From an uncultured Bdellovibrionales bacterium (lineage in GTDB: Bacteria; Patescibacteriota; Minisyncoccia; Moranbacterales; UBA2206): DNA of 64,000 nucleotides. The stretch's first letter is position 1, and every line of letters begins with the position of its first letter. The stretch is from contig CAYOTC010000003.1 of assembly GCA_964406815.1 (NCBI GenBank), forward strand, positions 7,259 to 71,258, written 5' to 3'. The position numbers were made by a program, and so were the translations under genes. Below are positions 54,333-64,000 of this stretch, one piece after another. The notes below the pieces were generated by a model. The model worked only from the letters and a program-made list of their open reading frames with translations, made no database searches and was not told the DNA's origin.

Positions 54333-55142
54333 ATGGAAGATTTAGCAAAATTGCAGGAAAACTGCATATGTGGGAATGGAGGATTTTTCAAAAGGCACGA
54401 TAGTTTATTGTCTAAAACTATAAAAAGAGCGATTAATATCTTTTTGTTTCTTTTGATTATTTTGTGGTCCCAATTTGCATTATCGGAACCTGGTAAGGCA
54501 TTATCAAAAAAACCTGGGTCTTTTTATTATGTAACTTCTTCACCAGCAGGAGGTCACTATTTAGTCATTGGTTTAAAAAAGATTTCTTCTCCAATAGAGA
54601 TGTTTGAGGACATCGATATTCCCGGATTGCCAAAAATAAATAATTTTAAATTTATTTATACGGTTTGGGATGGAGATATCGGCGAGGACGTGAAAGGTTT
54701 TAATCATTTTTTTCTAAATAATAGGGATTCTTTGTGGCCAATAACTTTCTTTCCGGTAATATTAAGAAATCACGGAAAAGATACGATAATACACGAAATG
54801 TATCATTCCGGATTTGTAGTAGCGATGTATAAAGCTGGTGTCGACATTAGGATTTTCGAAGCATATGGAAGAAATTATCTTTTTACATATGATAAAAAGA
54901 GGTGGAGTATTCTTCAGCTGTCTGAGGCGGTTGCGGAAGTTGGCTTTGTAAGAAAATTCGGAAAAGGAAAAACAAGAAAGGAAGTTGTTGCTCGCCATGA
55001 AGGACTAGCGAAAATAGACAATATAGATTATGCCATTGTTAAACATTTGATTGAAAAAGCTAAGGGAAATCCCGAAGCGTATCTGGTGGAATTGGAGAAG
55101 TTAATCAAGGATCTTCTGCCAAGTCTGAAAAAAATCGACTAG
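54333..55142 (+). CDS. hypothetical protein with one TM segment
   Basis: 269-aa ORF; hydrophobic segment INIFLFLLIILWSQFAL. Confidence 0.45.
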   Translation: MEDLAKLQENCICGNGGFFKRHDSLLSKTIKRAINIFLFLLIILWSQFALSEPGKALSKKPGSFYYVTSSPAGGHYLVIGLKKISSPIEMFEDIDIPGLPKINNFKFIYTVWDGDIGEDVKGFNHFFLNNRDSLWPITFFPVILRNHGKDTIIHEMYHSGFVVAMYKAGVDIRIFEAYGRNYLFTYDKKRWSILQLSEAVAEVGFVRKFGKGKTRKEVVARHEGLAKIDNIDYAIVKHLIEKAKGNPEAYLVELEKLIKDLLPSLKKID

Positions 55143-55238
55143 TTATTTAAAACGTCTTATTTTCAAAGAAAGTAAGGCGTTTTAATATTCTCAAATTTTA
55201 GCTTTAATAAAGAATAAAAATTATAATTTAATAAATAT

Positions 55239-55266
55239 TTGACACAATTAAAATAACAGTTATAAT
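55239..55266 (+). promoter_or_regulatory. sigma70-like promoter TTGACA-N16-TATAAT upstream of rpoB
   Basis: ttgacacaattaaaataacagttataat; implies a ~250-nt rpoB leader. Confidence 0.45.
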
Positions 55267-55513
55267 GTAAATACAATATAAAATTTCTTTTCGGGTGAAT
55301 CAAAAAAGAACTGCTACGACGAAGTGGAAGGCTTGCGCTATTTTCTGGTTTGTGTATAATAGCCTATAGTTTGAAATTTCTTAGTAACTATTGACAAAAG
55401 TCAATAGTGAAATTTAATAATCTGTATAAAATCAACAAGTAAACTTAATATTTTAACATAAGATCTCATTTAAATTGCTTATTCCCAAGAAAATCAGCGG
55501 AATCGGTAAGGTA

Positions 55514-58500
55514 ATGAGCGCTATTTCTATGTCCAAAGTTGAAAAAAGCCTTAAGGTAAAAAGAGTTTTCAGTTCAGCTTCGTCTATTTCTAAGCGAAAA
55601 TTCTTTAAGCCAATGACATTCGTGTCTTTGCCAAACTTAATTGAAATACAGATTGACTCATACGACTGGTTTTTGGAAAAAGGCTTAAAAGAGCTTTTGG
55701 ATGAAGTAAATCCCATTAAGGATTTTACTGAAAAAGATTTGGAATTATCTTTCGGAGAATATTATTTAGACGATCCGAAATACGACGAAGTGACGGCAAA
55801 AAGTAAGAATATTTCTTATGAGGCGCCTCTTCGTTGCAAAGTCCAGCTTCTTATAAAGAAAACTGGAGAAATAAAAGAACAGGAAATATATCTTGGTGAT
55901 TTCCCTTTAATGACAGACAGAGGAACCTTTATCATAAATGGCGTGGAAAGAGTGGTGGTTAGTCAGATAATCAGAAGTCCTGGTGTGTTTTTTACTATGG
56001 ATTACCAAAAAGGTCGCAAGCTTTTCGGGGCAAAAATTATTCCAAACCGAGGCGCTTGGCTGGAAATCGAAACTGATTTTGACGGAGCTATTTATGTGAA
56101 AATTGATCGTAAGAGAAAAGTTCCAATTACTTCGCTTTTGCGAGCTTTTGGATATTCGACTGATAAACAACTGGAGGATGCTTTTAAAGGTGCGGATAAT
56201 GGTGAAATTTCCTATATCACAGAAACAATCAAGAAAGATATCGCTAAGAATCAAGGAGAAGGATATAAAGAAGTCTATAAAAGAGTCCGTCCGGGTGATT
56301 TGGCGACGGAATCAAACGCGAAACAGGTTATTGACGCGATGTTTTTTAACTATGATAAATATGACTTTGGAGCGGTGGGACGCTATCGTCTTAACCAGCG
56401 TCTTCAGGTAGAAAAGAATGATAATGAAGAAAACCGTGTTCTTAATCGCGAGGACCTGATTCTTATTATAAAAGAAATAATCAAATTAAATAATGATCCT
56501 CAAGCGATATCAGATGATATTGATCACTTGGGAAACAGGAGAGTCCGTTCAGTCGGGGAATTGGTACAAAATAAATTGCGAGTCGGATTTTCTAGAACTG
56601 TTCGGAATATTAAAGATAAGATGAGCACTTGTGATATCGCGACTGTTGTTCCGGGACTTTTGGTGAATTCCCGTCCGATTGCCGCTTCCATTAAAGAGTT
56701 TTTTGCCAGTTCTCAATTGTCGCAGTTTATGGACCAGGTCAATCCTTTGGCTGAGTTGGAACATAAGAGAAGACTTAGCGCGATGGGACCGGGAGGACTA
56801 ACCCGTGAGCGGGCTGGTTTTGAAGTTCGTGACGTGCACAATTCTCATTATGGTCGAATATGTCCGGTGGAGACTCCGGAAGGTCCGAATATCGGGCTGG
56901 TGGGACATTTGGCGACTTATACGAAAATAAATGAGTTTGGATTTTTGGAAACTCCATATCTTAAGATTGCGCATGAAGTTGAAAATAATGAAGAAAAACT
57001 TGTCGGACGTATTTTATTTGAAGATATTGCCGGAATAAAAGCTGGAACAAAAATTGATTCGGAAGCAGCCAAAAAAATTGTGAAAGAGAAAAAGATAAAA
57101 TCAATCAAAGTCAAAGCATACGTTGTTTATGAAATCGAATATATCAATGCGACAGTGGAAGACAGGAAAAACATTGCGCATGCCGGAATAAGTATCGATG
57201 AGGATGGAAATATTTTGGATGAAGTTGTCGGAGCAAGAGTGAAGGGGCAAGCGACTGAAATTGAAGTTGCAAAACTTGATTATATCGATGTTTCCGCCAA
57301 GCAATGTATTTCGGTGGCGACTTCGCTTATTCCATTTTTGGAACACGATGACGCTAACCGTGCTCTTATGGGTTCTAATATGCAGCGTCAGGCAGTTTCT
57401 TGCGTGAAACCGCAAGCTCCACTGGTTGGAACCGGAATTGAAGATAAGGCGGCAGCTGATTCCGGACAAGTGGTTATAGCAAGAGTGGACGGGATCGTTT
57501 CTGAAGTTGATGCCGATCATATTATAATCAAAGAGGAAGCTCCAGTCGGGGCAAAGAAACCTTTTATAAAGAGAGAATATCGGCTCCAAAGTTTTGAAAA
57601 ATCAAACGCTTTCACTTCGATGAACCAAGTTCCGAGAGTTTTGAAAAATGAAGAAGTAAAGAAAGGACAAGTTTTGGCGGATGGCGCTTCAACCGATCAT
57701 GGAGAGCTCGCGCTTGGACAAAATATCTTAGTAGCTTTTGTTCCGTGGGAAGGTTCAAACTATGAAGACGCTATTATTATTTCAGAAAGATTGGTGCAAG
57801 ATGATCGATATAGTTCGATCCATATCGAAGATTTTTCAATCGATGTTAGAGATACCAAACTTGGACCGGAGGTGGTGACTCGCGATATTCCGAATATCGG
57901 AGAAGATCGCTTAAAGAATCTTGACGAAACAGGAATTATCCGCATCGGAGCGGAAGTGGTTTCCGGTGATATATTGGTCGGAAAAATTTCTCCGAAAGGT
58001 GAAGGTGATCTAACTTCGGAAGAGAGACTATTGCGGGCAATCTTCGGAGAAAAATCACGTGATGTCAAAGACAGCTCACTATATCTTCCTCACGGAGAAT
58101 ACGGAAAAGTTGTGGATATAAAAATATTCTCCAGAGAGCAAGGGGATAAACTTTCAACCGGAGTCATTGAACAAATTCAGGTTTCTGTGGCGCAACTCAA
58201 GAAGATTTCTGTCGGTGACAAACTGGCCGGACGTCACGGAAACAAAGGTGTTATTTCCAGAATCGCGCCGGTGGAAGATATGCCATATTTACCCGACGGC
58301 ACGCCAGTCGATATGATTCTAAATCCTCTTGGTGTGGCTTCTCGTATGAATATCGGACAGATTTTGGAAACTCATCTTGGTTGGGCGGCATTGAAACTCG
58401 GGTATAAAGCGGCGACCCCGGCTCTTGAAGGAGTGACGGAAGATCAAATAAAGGAAGAATTAAAAGCAGCCGGTCTTCCGGAAGAGGGAAAAGTCAAATT

Positions 58501-58954
58501 GGTAAATGGAAGAACAGGCGAACATTTTGATAACGAATCGACAGTAGGTGTGATGTATGTAATGAAGCTCCATCATTTGGTGGATGACAAGATTCATATG
58601 CGTTCAATCGGACCTTACTCTCTCATTACCCAGCAACCACTTGGAGGAAAAGCTCAGTTCGGAGGACAGCGGTTCGGAGAAATGGAAGTGTGGGCATTGG
58701 AAGGATATGGTGCGGCTTATACTTTGCAAGAAATGATTACCATAAAATCTGATGACCAAATGGGAAGATCAAAAGCCTATGAATCAATTATCAAAGGCGA
58801 ACCGATCAAGAGTCCCAATATTCCGGCTTCATTCCATGTGCTTGTAAGCGAGCTTAAAGGTCTCGGATTGGATGTCGAGCTTACAGAAAAAACCCCCAGG
58901 GAATCGTTTGAAGGATCAACTTCCCAAGAGGAAGAAGATGTTGATGTTGCTTAA
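55514..58954 (+). CDS. rpoB: DNA-directed RNA polymerase subunit beta
   Basis: Conserved rpoB blocks throughout; ATG at 55514 with RBS GGTAAGGT preferred over the TTG at 55475. Confidence 0.95.
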   Translation: MSAISMSKVEKSLKVKRVFSSASSISKRKFFKPMTFVSLPNLIEIQIDSYDWFLEKGLKELLDEVNPIKDFTEKDLELSFGEYYLDDPKYDEVTAKSKNISYEAPLRCKVQLLIKKTGEIKEQEIYLGDFPLMTDRGTFIINGVERVVVSQIIRSPGVFFTMDYQKGRKLFGAKIIPNRGAWLEIETDFDGAIYVKIDRKRKVPITSLLRAFGYSTDKQLEDAFKGADNGEISYITETIKKDIAKNQGEGYKEVYKRVRPGDLATESNAKQVIDAMFFNYDKYDFGAVGRYRLNQRLQVEKNDNEENRVLNREDLILIIKEIIKLNNDPQAISDDIDHLGNRRVRSVGELVQNKLRVGFSRTVRNIKDKMSTCDIATVVPGLLVNSRPIAASIKEFFASSQLSQFMDQVNPLAELEHKRRLSAMGPGGLTRERAGFEVRDVHNSHYGRICPVETPEGPNIGLVGHLATYTKINEFGFLETPYLKIAHEVENNEEKLVGRILFEDIAGIKAGTKIDSEAAKKIVKEKKIKSIKVKAYVVYEIEYINATVEDRKNIAHAGISIDEDGNILDEVVGARVKGQATEIEVAKLDYIDVSAKQCISVATSLIPFLEHDDANRALMGSNMQRQAVSCVKPQAPLVGTGIEDKAAADSGQVVIARVDGIVSEVDADHIIIKEEAPVGAKKPFIKREYRLQSFEKSNAFTSMNQVPRVLKNEEVKKGQVLADGASTDHGELALGQNILVAFVPWEGSNYEDAIIISERLVQDDRYSSIHIEDFSIDVRDTKLGPEVVTRDIPNIGEDRLKNLDETGIIRIGAEVVSGDILVGKISPKGEGDLTSEERLLRAIFGEKSRDVKDSSLYLPHGEYGKVVDIKIFSREQGDKLSTGVIEQIQVSVAQLKKISVGDKLAGRHGNKGVISRIAPVEDMPYLPDGTPVDMILNPLGVASRMNIGQILETHLGWAALKLGYKAATPALEGVTEDQIKEELKAAGLPEEGKVKLVNGRTGEHFDNESTVGVMYVMKLHHLVDDKIHMRSIGPYSLITQQPLGGKAQFGGQRFGEMEVWALEGYGAAYTLQEMITIKSDDQMGRSKAYESIIKGEPIKSPNIPASFHVLVSELKGLGLDVELTEKTPRESFEGSTSQEEEDVDVA

Positions 58955-58960
58955 TTAATT

Positions 58961-59000
58961 TAGTTTATAAAGTTCGTAAAGTTTATAAAGTTCATAAAGA
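58961..59000. repeat. four tandem copies of the 9-bp unit AGTTYRTAA in the rpoB-rpoC spacer
   Basis: tagtttataa agttcgtaa agtttataa agttcataa aga; same unit as after rny. Confidence 0.55.
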
Positions 59001-59041
59001 CGATACGAATGATTTATTAAACCTTTTAATCTTAAATTAAT

Positions 59042-62000
59042 ATGGATTCGATTACTAATACCAAAACGAGCAATTTCAACAGCGTTAAACTGAAAATTGC
59101 TAGCCCGGAAGGGATTATGGAATGGTCTCACGGAGAGGTAACCAAGCCGGAGACAATAAACTACAGGACTCAGCGCTATGAAAAGGATGGGCTTTTTTGC
59201 GAGAAAATATTCGGGCCTTCTCGTGACTGGGAATGCTATTGCGGAAAATATAAACGCATTCGTTATAAGGGAATTGTTTGCGACAAATGCGGAGTGGAAG
59301 TGACAAGAAGCATAGTAAGACGGGAGCGCATGGGACACATCAAATTAGCCGTGCCGGTTTCGCATATCTGGTTTTTGCGTGGCGTTCCTTCTAAAATCGG
59401 ACTCGCGCTCGGAATGGGCGTGCAGGATTTGGAAAAGGTTATTTATTTTTCAAGCTATGTTGTCATGGGTGTGGATGAGAGCGAAAGAGAAAAAGCGCTT
59501 GCACAGCTTGAACAAGAATTTAAAACCAAGCAGAAGGAGATAAATAAGAATTTTCAAGGAGATGAAACACAGAGCAAAGACAAAAATGAAGAATTGAAAA
59601 ATATCTATCGCACTTCCAAAGAAGAATTGAAGAGTTTGCAAAAATTCCAAATCGTTTCTGAAATAGAATATTTTAATCTGTCTTCCAAATACGGCCAGGT
59701 TTTTAATGCCGGAATCGGAGCCGAAGCTATAAGAAAGCTTTTGGAAAATATTGATCTCAAGGAAGAAATGAAGAGGCTTAAAAAAATGCTCGAAGGAGAT
59801 GAAGAAGTTCCTGATCGGAAAAAACTTTTGAGAAGAATCAAACTTTTCAATGGACTGCTTGCGGCCAATTTGCGCCCAGAATGGATGTTGCCGACTGTCA
59901 TTCCAGTCATTCCGCCAGATCTTCGCCCGATGGTGGCGTTGGATGGAGGACGTTTTGCCACTTCAGACCTTAATGATCTCTATCGAAGAATAATAAACAG
60001 AAATAATCGTCTTAGGAAACTGATTGAAATCGGCGCTCCGGAAGTTATCACCAGAAATGAGAAAAGAATGTTACAGGAAGCAGTGGATGCGCTTTTTGAC
60101 AACAGTGCCAGAAGAAGCCAAGTTAGCGTGGCGGCTTCAACTGGGCAAAGAAGAGCCCTGCGTTCTCTTGCAGATACTTTGAAAGGAAAACAGGGGCGTT
60201 TCAGACAGAATCTCCTTGGAAAACGTGTTGACTATTCCGGACGTTCGGTGATTGTGGTTGGACCGAAATTAAAATTGCATCAGTGCGGACTGCCGAAGAA
60301 AATGGCACTCGAACTTTTCAAACCTTTTATTATCAACAAACTTATCGAACGTGAGCTGGCTTATAATGTCAGAAGCGCCGGAAAGATGGTGGAAGCGGAA
60401 TCGGAAGAAGCTTATGATATTTTGGACGAAATAATCAGTCATCACTATGTGCTTCTTAATCGCGCTCCAACCCTGCATCGTTTGTCTATTCAAGCTTTTC
60501 AGCCGGTGCTTATTGAAGGAAAAGCGATCCAAATACATCCGATGGTTTGCAGCGCTTTCAATGCTGACTTCGACGGAGACCAGATGGCGGTGCATGTTCC
60601 TCTTACTGACAAAGCTAGATGGGAAAGTGAGAATCTGATGCTTTCATCCAGAAATCTTTTAAAGCCGGCTTCCGGAGAACCGATCACAACTCCAACTCTG
60701 GATATGGTGCTTGGTTGTTATTACATTACGCATATTTTGGCTGGAGCGAAAGGCGAAGGAAAAATTTTTGCTTCAGAAGAAGAGGCGATAATGGCTACAG
60801 AGCTGGGGTATATTGACATAAGAGCCAAGGTTAAAGTTTTGGTAAATGGCGAAGTTTTGGAAACTTCTGTCGGACGGTTAAACCTTAACGCAATCATTCC
60901 GGAAGAAATCGGTTACCAAAATTATGAAATGACGAAAAAGGAACTTAAGTCTCTAGTGGCTAAGGTCTTGGAAATTTCTGGAGCGGAAGAAACGGCAAAA
61001 TTTGTGGATCGAATCAAGAATCTCGGATTTAGTTCTGTGACCAAATCAGGAATCAGTTGGGGAATGGCTGACTTGGCGATACCACTTGGCAAGAAAGATA
61101 TATTGAGCGAAGCGGAAGAAAAAGTCGAGGTTATTAAAAAGCAATATAATATGGGTCTTCTTACTGAAGACGAAAGAAAGGGAAAAGTTATTGAAATCTG
61201 GAATGACGCTAAAAACAGAATTGCCGACAGTGTGCGTGAATCAATCGACAAAGAAGGCCCAGTTTATTCCATGGTTTATTCCAAAGCGAGAGGTTCGGAA
61301 TCAGTGGTTGTCCAGATGGCCGGTATGAAAGGGCTTATGGCCGGACCAACCGGAGAGACTATCGAACTTCCAATCAAAAGCAGTTTCAAAGAGGGTCTTA
61401 ATGTTTTGGAATATTTCATCTCCACTCACGGAGCAAGAAAAGGTATGGCGGACACAGCTCTTCGAACAGCGACTGCCGGATACCTCACTCGTCGTTTAGT
61501 GGATGTTTCTCAGGATGTTATTATCCGTGAAGAAGATTGCAAAGATAAGGAAGGAGCTTATATTTATCGGGAAGATTCCGATCGGATTGGCCAGAATTTC
61601 ATCAATCGCGTCGTCGGAAGAGTTTTGGCAGAAGATATAAAGAATCCGAAAACAAATGAAGTTTTGGTGAAAAAAGGAAATGTTGTAACCAAAGCCGAAG
61701 GTGAGATTATTGAAAAATTGAAGTTAGACAAAATCAAGATCAGAACTGTGGTTACTTGCAAGGCAATCCGCGGAGTATGTCGAAAGTGTTACGGAACGGA
61801 TCTTGGAAGAGGAAATCTCGTGGAAATCGGGCAGGCGGTTGGAATCGTGGCAGCGCAGGCGATCGGAGAGCCGGGAACCCAGCTGACTATGCGTACTTTC
61901 CATATTGGAGGTATTGCGGGATCTGACATTACCCAAGGGCTTCCTCGGGTGGAAGAAATTTTTGAAGCTAGGCCACCAAAAGGAGAATCGGTTATTTCCG

Positions 62001-62635
62001 AAGTTGATGGAAAAGTTGTTGGCATAGAAAGTACCGACAAGACCATAATCATCAAAGTTGAAGCCAATGATAAGATTAAGACACTGAAAGAATATCAAGT
62101 GATGCAAGGTGCAACTCTCAAAGTTAATATTGGTGACTTGATCGGAAAAGGAACACAACTCAGTGAAGGTCATATTGATCTTAAAAAACTTTATTCAACG
62201 ATGGGATGGGAAGAAGTTTATCGCTATATTATCAGAGAAATTCAGGAAGTTTATGCGGCACAGGGCGAGGGAATTAATGACAAGCATATTGAAATCATAG
62301 TGCGTCAGATGTTTAGCCGAATTTCGATTTTGGAAGCAGGTGATTCCAATTTTCTTGCCGGAGATGTTGTGGAGGCGGATGAGTTTAATGAAGCTAATGA
62401 AACAATAAAATCTCAAGGCGGAAAAGAAGCGGTTGGAGAGCGTCTTCTTATGGGAATCACGAAAGTGGCTCTTTCGACCGAAAGTTTCCTTTCAGCAGCG
62501 TCTTTCCAGGAAACTGCCAAAGTGCTTATTAGTGCGGCAGTCCAGGGTAAGGAAGATAAATTGAGAGGTCTTAAGGAAAACGTTATTATTGGAAAACTTA
62601 TCCCAGCCGGAACCGGATTCAAGGGAGAGAAATAA
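59042..62635 (+). CDS. rpoC: DNA-directed RNA polymerase subunit beta'
   Basis: Zn-binding CxxC...CxxC N-terminus, NADFDGD active site, trigger loop and bridge helix blocks. Confidence 0.95.
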   Translation: MDSITNTKTSNFNSVKLKIASPEGIMEWSHGEVTKPETINYRTQRYEKDGLFCEKIFGPSRDWECYCGKYKRIRYKGIVCDKCGVEVTRSIVRRERMGHIKLAVPVSHIWFLRGVPSKIGLALGMGVQDLEKVIYFSSYVVMGVDESEREKALAQLEQEFKTKQKEINKNFQGDETQSKDKNEELKNIYRTSKEELKSLQKFQIVSEIEYFNLSSKYGQVFNAGIGAEAIRKLLENIDLKEEMKRLKKMLEGDEEVPDRKKLLRRIKLFNGLLAANLRPEWMLPTVIPVIPPDLRPMVALDGGRFATSDLNDLYRRIINRNNRLRKLIEIGAPEVITRNEKRMLQEAVDALFDNSARRSQVSVAASTGQRRALRSLADTLKGKQGRFRQNLLGKRVDYSGRSVIVVGPKLKLHQCGLPKKMALELFKPFIINKLIERELAYNVRSAGKMVEAESEEAYDILDEIISHHYVLLNRAPTLHRLSIQAFQPVLIEGKAIQIHPMVCSAFNADFDGDQMAVHVPLTDKARWESENLMLSSRNLLKPASGEPITTPTLDMVLGCYYITHILAGAKGEGKIFASEEEAIMATELGYIDIRAKVKVLVNGEVLETSVGRLNLNAIIPEEIGYQNYEMTKKELKSLVAKVLEISGAEETAKFVDRIKNLGFSSVTKSGISWGMADLAIPLGKKDILSEAEEKVEVIKKQYNMGLLTEDERKGKVIEIWNDAKNRIADSVRESIDKEGPVYSMVYSKARGSESVVVQMAGMKGLMAGPTGETIELPIKSSFKEGLNVLEYFISTHGARKGMADTALRTATAGYLTRRLVDVSQDVIIREEDCKDKEGAYIYREDSDRIGQNFINRVVGRVLAEDIKNPKTNEVLVKKGNVVTKAEGEIIEKLKLDKIKIRTVVTCKAIRGVCRKCYGTDLGRGNLVEIGQAVGIVAAQAIGEPGTQLTMRTFHIGGIAGSDITQGLPRVEEIFEARPPKGESVISEVDGKVVGIESTDKTIIIKVEANDKIKTLKEYQVMQGATLKVNIGDLIGKGTQLSEGHIDLKKLYSTMGWEEVYRYIIREIQEVYAAQGEGINDKHIEIIVRQMFSRISILEAGDSNFLAGDVVEADEFNEANETIKSQGGKEAVGERLLMGITKVALSTESFLSAASFQETAKVLISAAVQGKEDKLRGLKENVIIGKLIPAGTGFKGEK

Positions 62636-62652
62636 TTTTTCCTGTATATCTG

Positions 62653-62693
62653 AAGACCGCGCCCCGCATTTGCGGGGCGCGGTCTTCTTTTTT
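62653..62693 (+). terminator. strong rho-independent terminator after rpoC
   Basis: Perfect 15-bp GC-rich stem AAGACCGCGCCCCGC/GCGGGGCGCGGTCTT followed by T7. Confidence 0.85.
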
Positions 62694-62958
62694 AAAAATA
62701 TAAAATAATAATGTTTTATCTCTAAATAAAGCCAAAAAATATAAAATAAAAGAAAATCTATTTTTTTAATGAAAATATTAATTTAAGTTAACATTTTATT
62801 TGTCAATAAAGGGCTTATTTTGGGAAAAAATTGACAAATGTATTATTTTAAGTTATACTAGGTATGTAAGTTTAAAAAAAGCCAAAGCGACTTAGTTTTT
62901 CTCTCATTTTATTTTTTCAAAGGGGATGAAATTAAAATAAACATAAACAGATAAAAGA

Positions 62959-64000
62959 ATGTGCTTTCTGGAGAAGCAAAAAAGGGATTCGAGAAATAAT
63001 TTTTTTAGAAGAAATATTTCTTCAAATGGCTTTTTATTATCTTCAAATAATTTTTTTATAAATAAATCAGTCAATCTGATTTTTTTATTTTTATTAATCT
63101 TCTTTTCTTTAGGGTTGACACATAAGGCGAGTGCTTTAAGTGCTGGCATGGACAGCGTTACTCCTTCTCAAACCTCGGTTTATGCCTGTGCATCTTTTAG
63201 TTGGGCGATGGAGAATAGTGAAACCTATTTTGCTGACCTTCAGGAAATTCGGATATATACTAGTGGAGGCAGTTATGTTGGATCATGCAATCTTGATCCA
63301 ATACAAGAAAGTTCCACTTGCTGTACAAGAACTGGTCTAACTCCCAGCACTTCATATAAAGCTCAGTCTTATACCCATGGCATTGTGTATGATCAATGGG
63401 CGCAACTGGTCGGGGACGATTATGCACTTAGTACTTTTTCGAATTTTTCCACCACTAGTTCGGTATCTATTCCAACTGTCTCCACTAGTGCAGTTTCAGG
63501 AATTGGAGCAAGCTCTGCTACCGGAAACGGAAATCTTACTTCTACCGGAGGCGCTTCGACGACAAGGTATATTCAGTGGGGAACATCTTCCGGAACATAT
63601 ACCAGCAACTGTAATGCCGGAGCCACTTCATCAACTGGAGCTTATTCCTGTTCAATGACTGGACTATCTTCATATACTACATATTACGTCCGGGCTTATG
63701 CCACCAACAGTGCTGGGACTGGCTATGGATCGGAAGTAAGTTTTACAACTGCTGACGCAACTCCCCCATGGATTACCAGTTGGGGAACATATAATACTTG
63801 GACTACTGGCACAACTTTGACATTCACCGATAACGTCAGCATGTCTGGCGGAGGTGTCCGCTGCCAGTTCGGCAGCTGGCCAACCGATAGTAATCCGGGA
63901 GACAGCAGCACTTCCTGCACTATCGGTGGAGAACAGAATGGCGCCATTTTATATATCAGAGTATGGGATCATCAAGGCAATCAGACGACATATAATTCTG
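62959..64000 (+). CDS. secreted Ser/Thr/Gly-rich surface protein with fibronectin-III-like repeats; 3' end beyond the window
   Basis: Frame 1 is open from ATG 62959 to the window end; signal-peptide-like LIFLFLLIFFSLGLTHKASALSAG; repeats TSSGTYTSNCNAGATSSTGAYSCSMTGLSSYTTYYVRAYATNSAGTGYGSEVSFTT; not in the ORF track because no stop lies in the window. Confidence 0.5.
   Translation, partial: MCFLEKQKRDSRNNFFRRNISSNGFLLSSNNFFINKSVNLIFLFLLIFFSLGLTHKASALSAGMDSVTPSQTSVYACASFSWAMENSETYFADLQEIRIYTSGGSYVGSCNLDPIQESSTCCTRTGLTPSTSYKAQSYTHGIVYDQWAQLVGDDYALSTFSNFSTTSSVSIPTVSTSAVSGIGASSATGNGNLTSTGGASTTRYIQWGTSSGTYTSNCNAGATSSTGAYSCSMTGLSSYTTYYVRAYATNSAGTGYGSEVSFTTADATPPWITSWGTYNTWTTGTTLTFTDNVSMSGGGVRCQFGSWPTDSNPGDSSTSCTIGGEQNGAILYIRVWDHQGNQTTYNS

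Noticed and set aside
57101-57589. Minus-strand ORFs inside rpoB and rpoC (57101..57589, 61724..62173 and others)
   Set aside because: They lie entirely within the conserved RNA polymerase subunit genes on the opposite strand.
62904-63149. 81-aa minus-strand ORF upstream of the FN3 gene
   Set aside because: It overlaps the plus-strand frame that continues seamlessly into a signal peptide plus FN3 repeats. The plus-strand reading is more coherent.

Overview
This is a 64 kb, gene-dense window with low GC (about one third) and the standard genetic code, since TAA, TGA and TAG all terminate the long conserved genes. Housekeeping content is rarA, folD, an RluA-family pseudouridine synthase, rplS, nfo, a family-4 uracil-DNA glycosylase, nrnA, rbfA-infB, nusA, a membrane H+-pyrophosphatase, tig-clpP, gpmI, rny, hup and rpoB-rpoC. 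There are 12 intact tRNA genes in four clusters. The overall picture fits a small-genome, reduced-metabolism bacterium such as a Candidate Phyla Radiation / Patescibacteria lineage: many small secreted or membrane hypothetical proteins and a tandem array of VirB2/TrbC-like pilin paralogs. The most interesting feature is an ~8.5 kb integrative element inserted in the 3' end of tRNA-Gly(TCC). It is flanked by a 17-bp direct repeat and carries a large serine recombinase, a terminase-small-subunit-like DNA-binding protein, a SpoVG-like protein, small overlapping ORFs, and a secreted/membrane cargo module including a staphylococcal-type nuclease. It has no capsid, portal or large terminase, so it looks like a phage satellite (PICI-like element), not a prophage. 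Other findings worth a second look are a short palindromic repeat family, a tRNA-Leu array with pseudogenes, 9-bp tandem repeats after rny and rpoB, a duplicated promoter-gene-terminator cassette, structured GC-rich non-coding islands, and a GC-shifted FN3-repeat surface protein at the window end. All calls come from reading the sequence and the ORF translations; no database searches were run.
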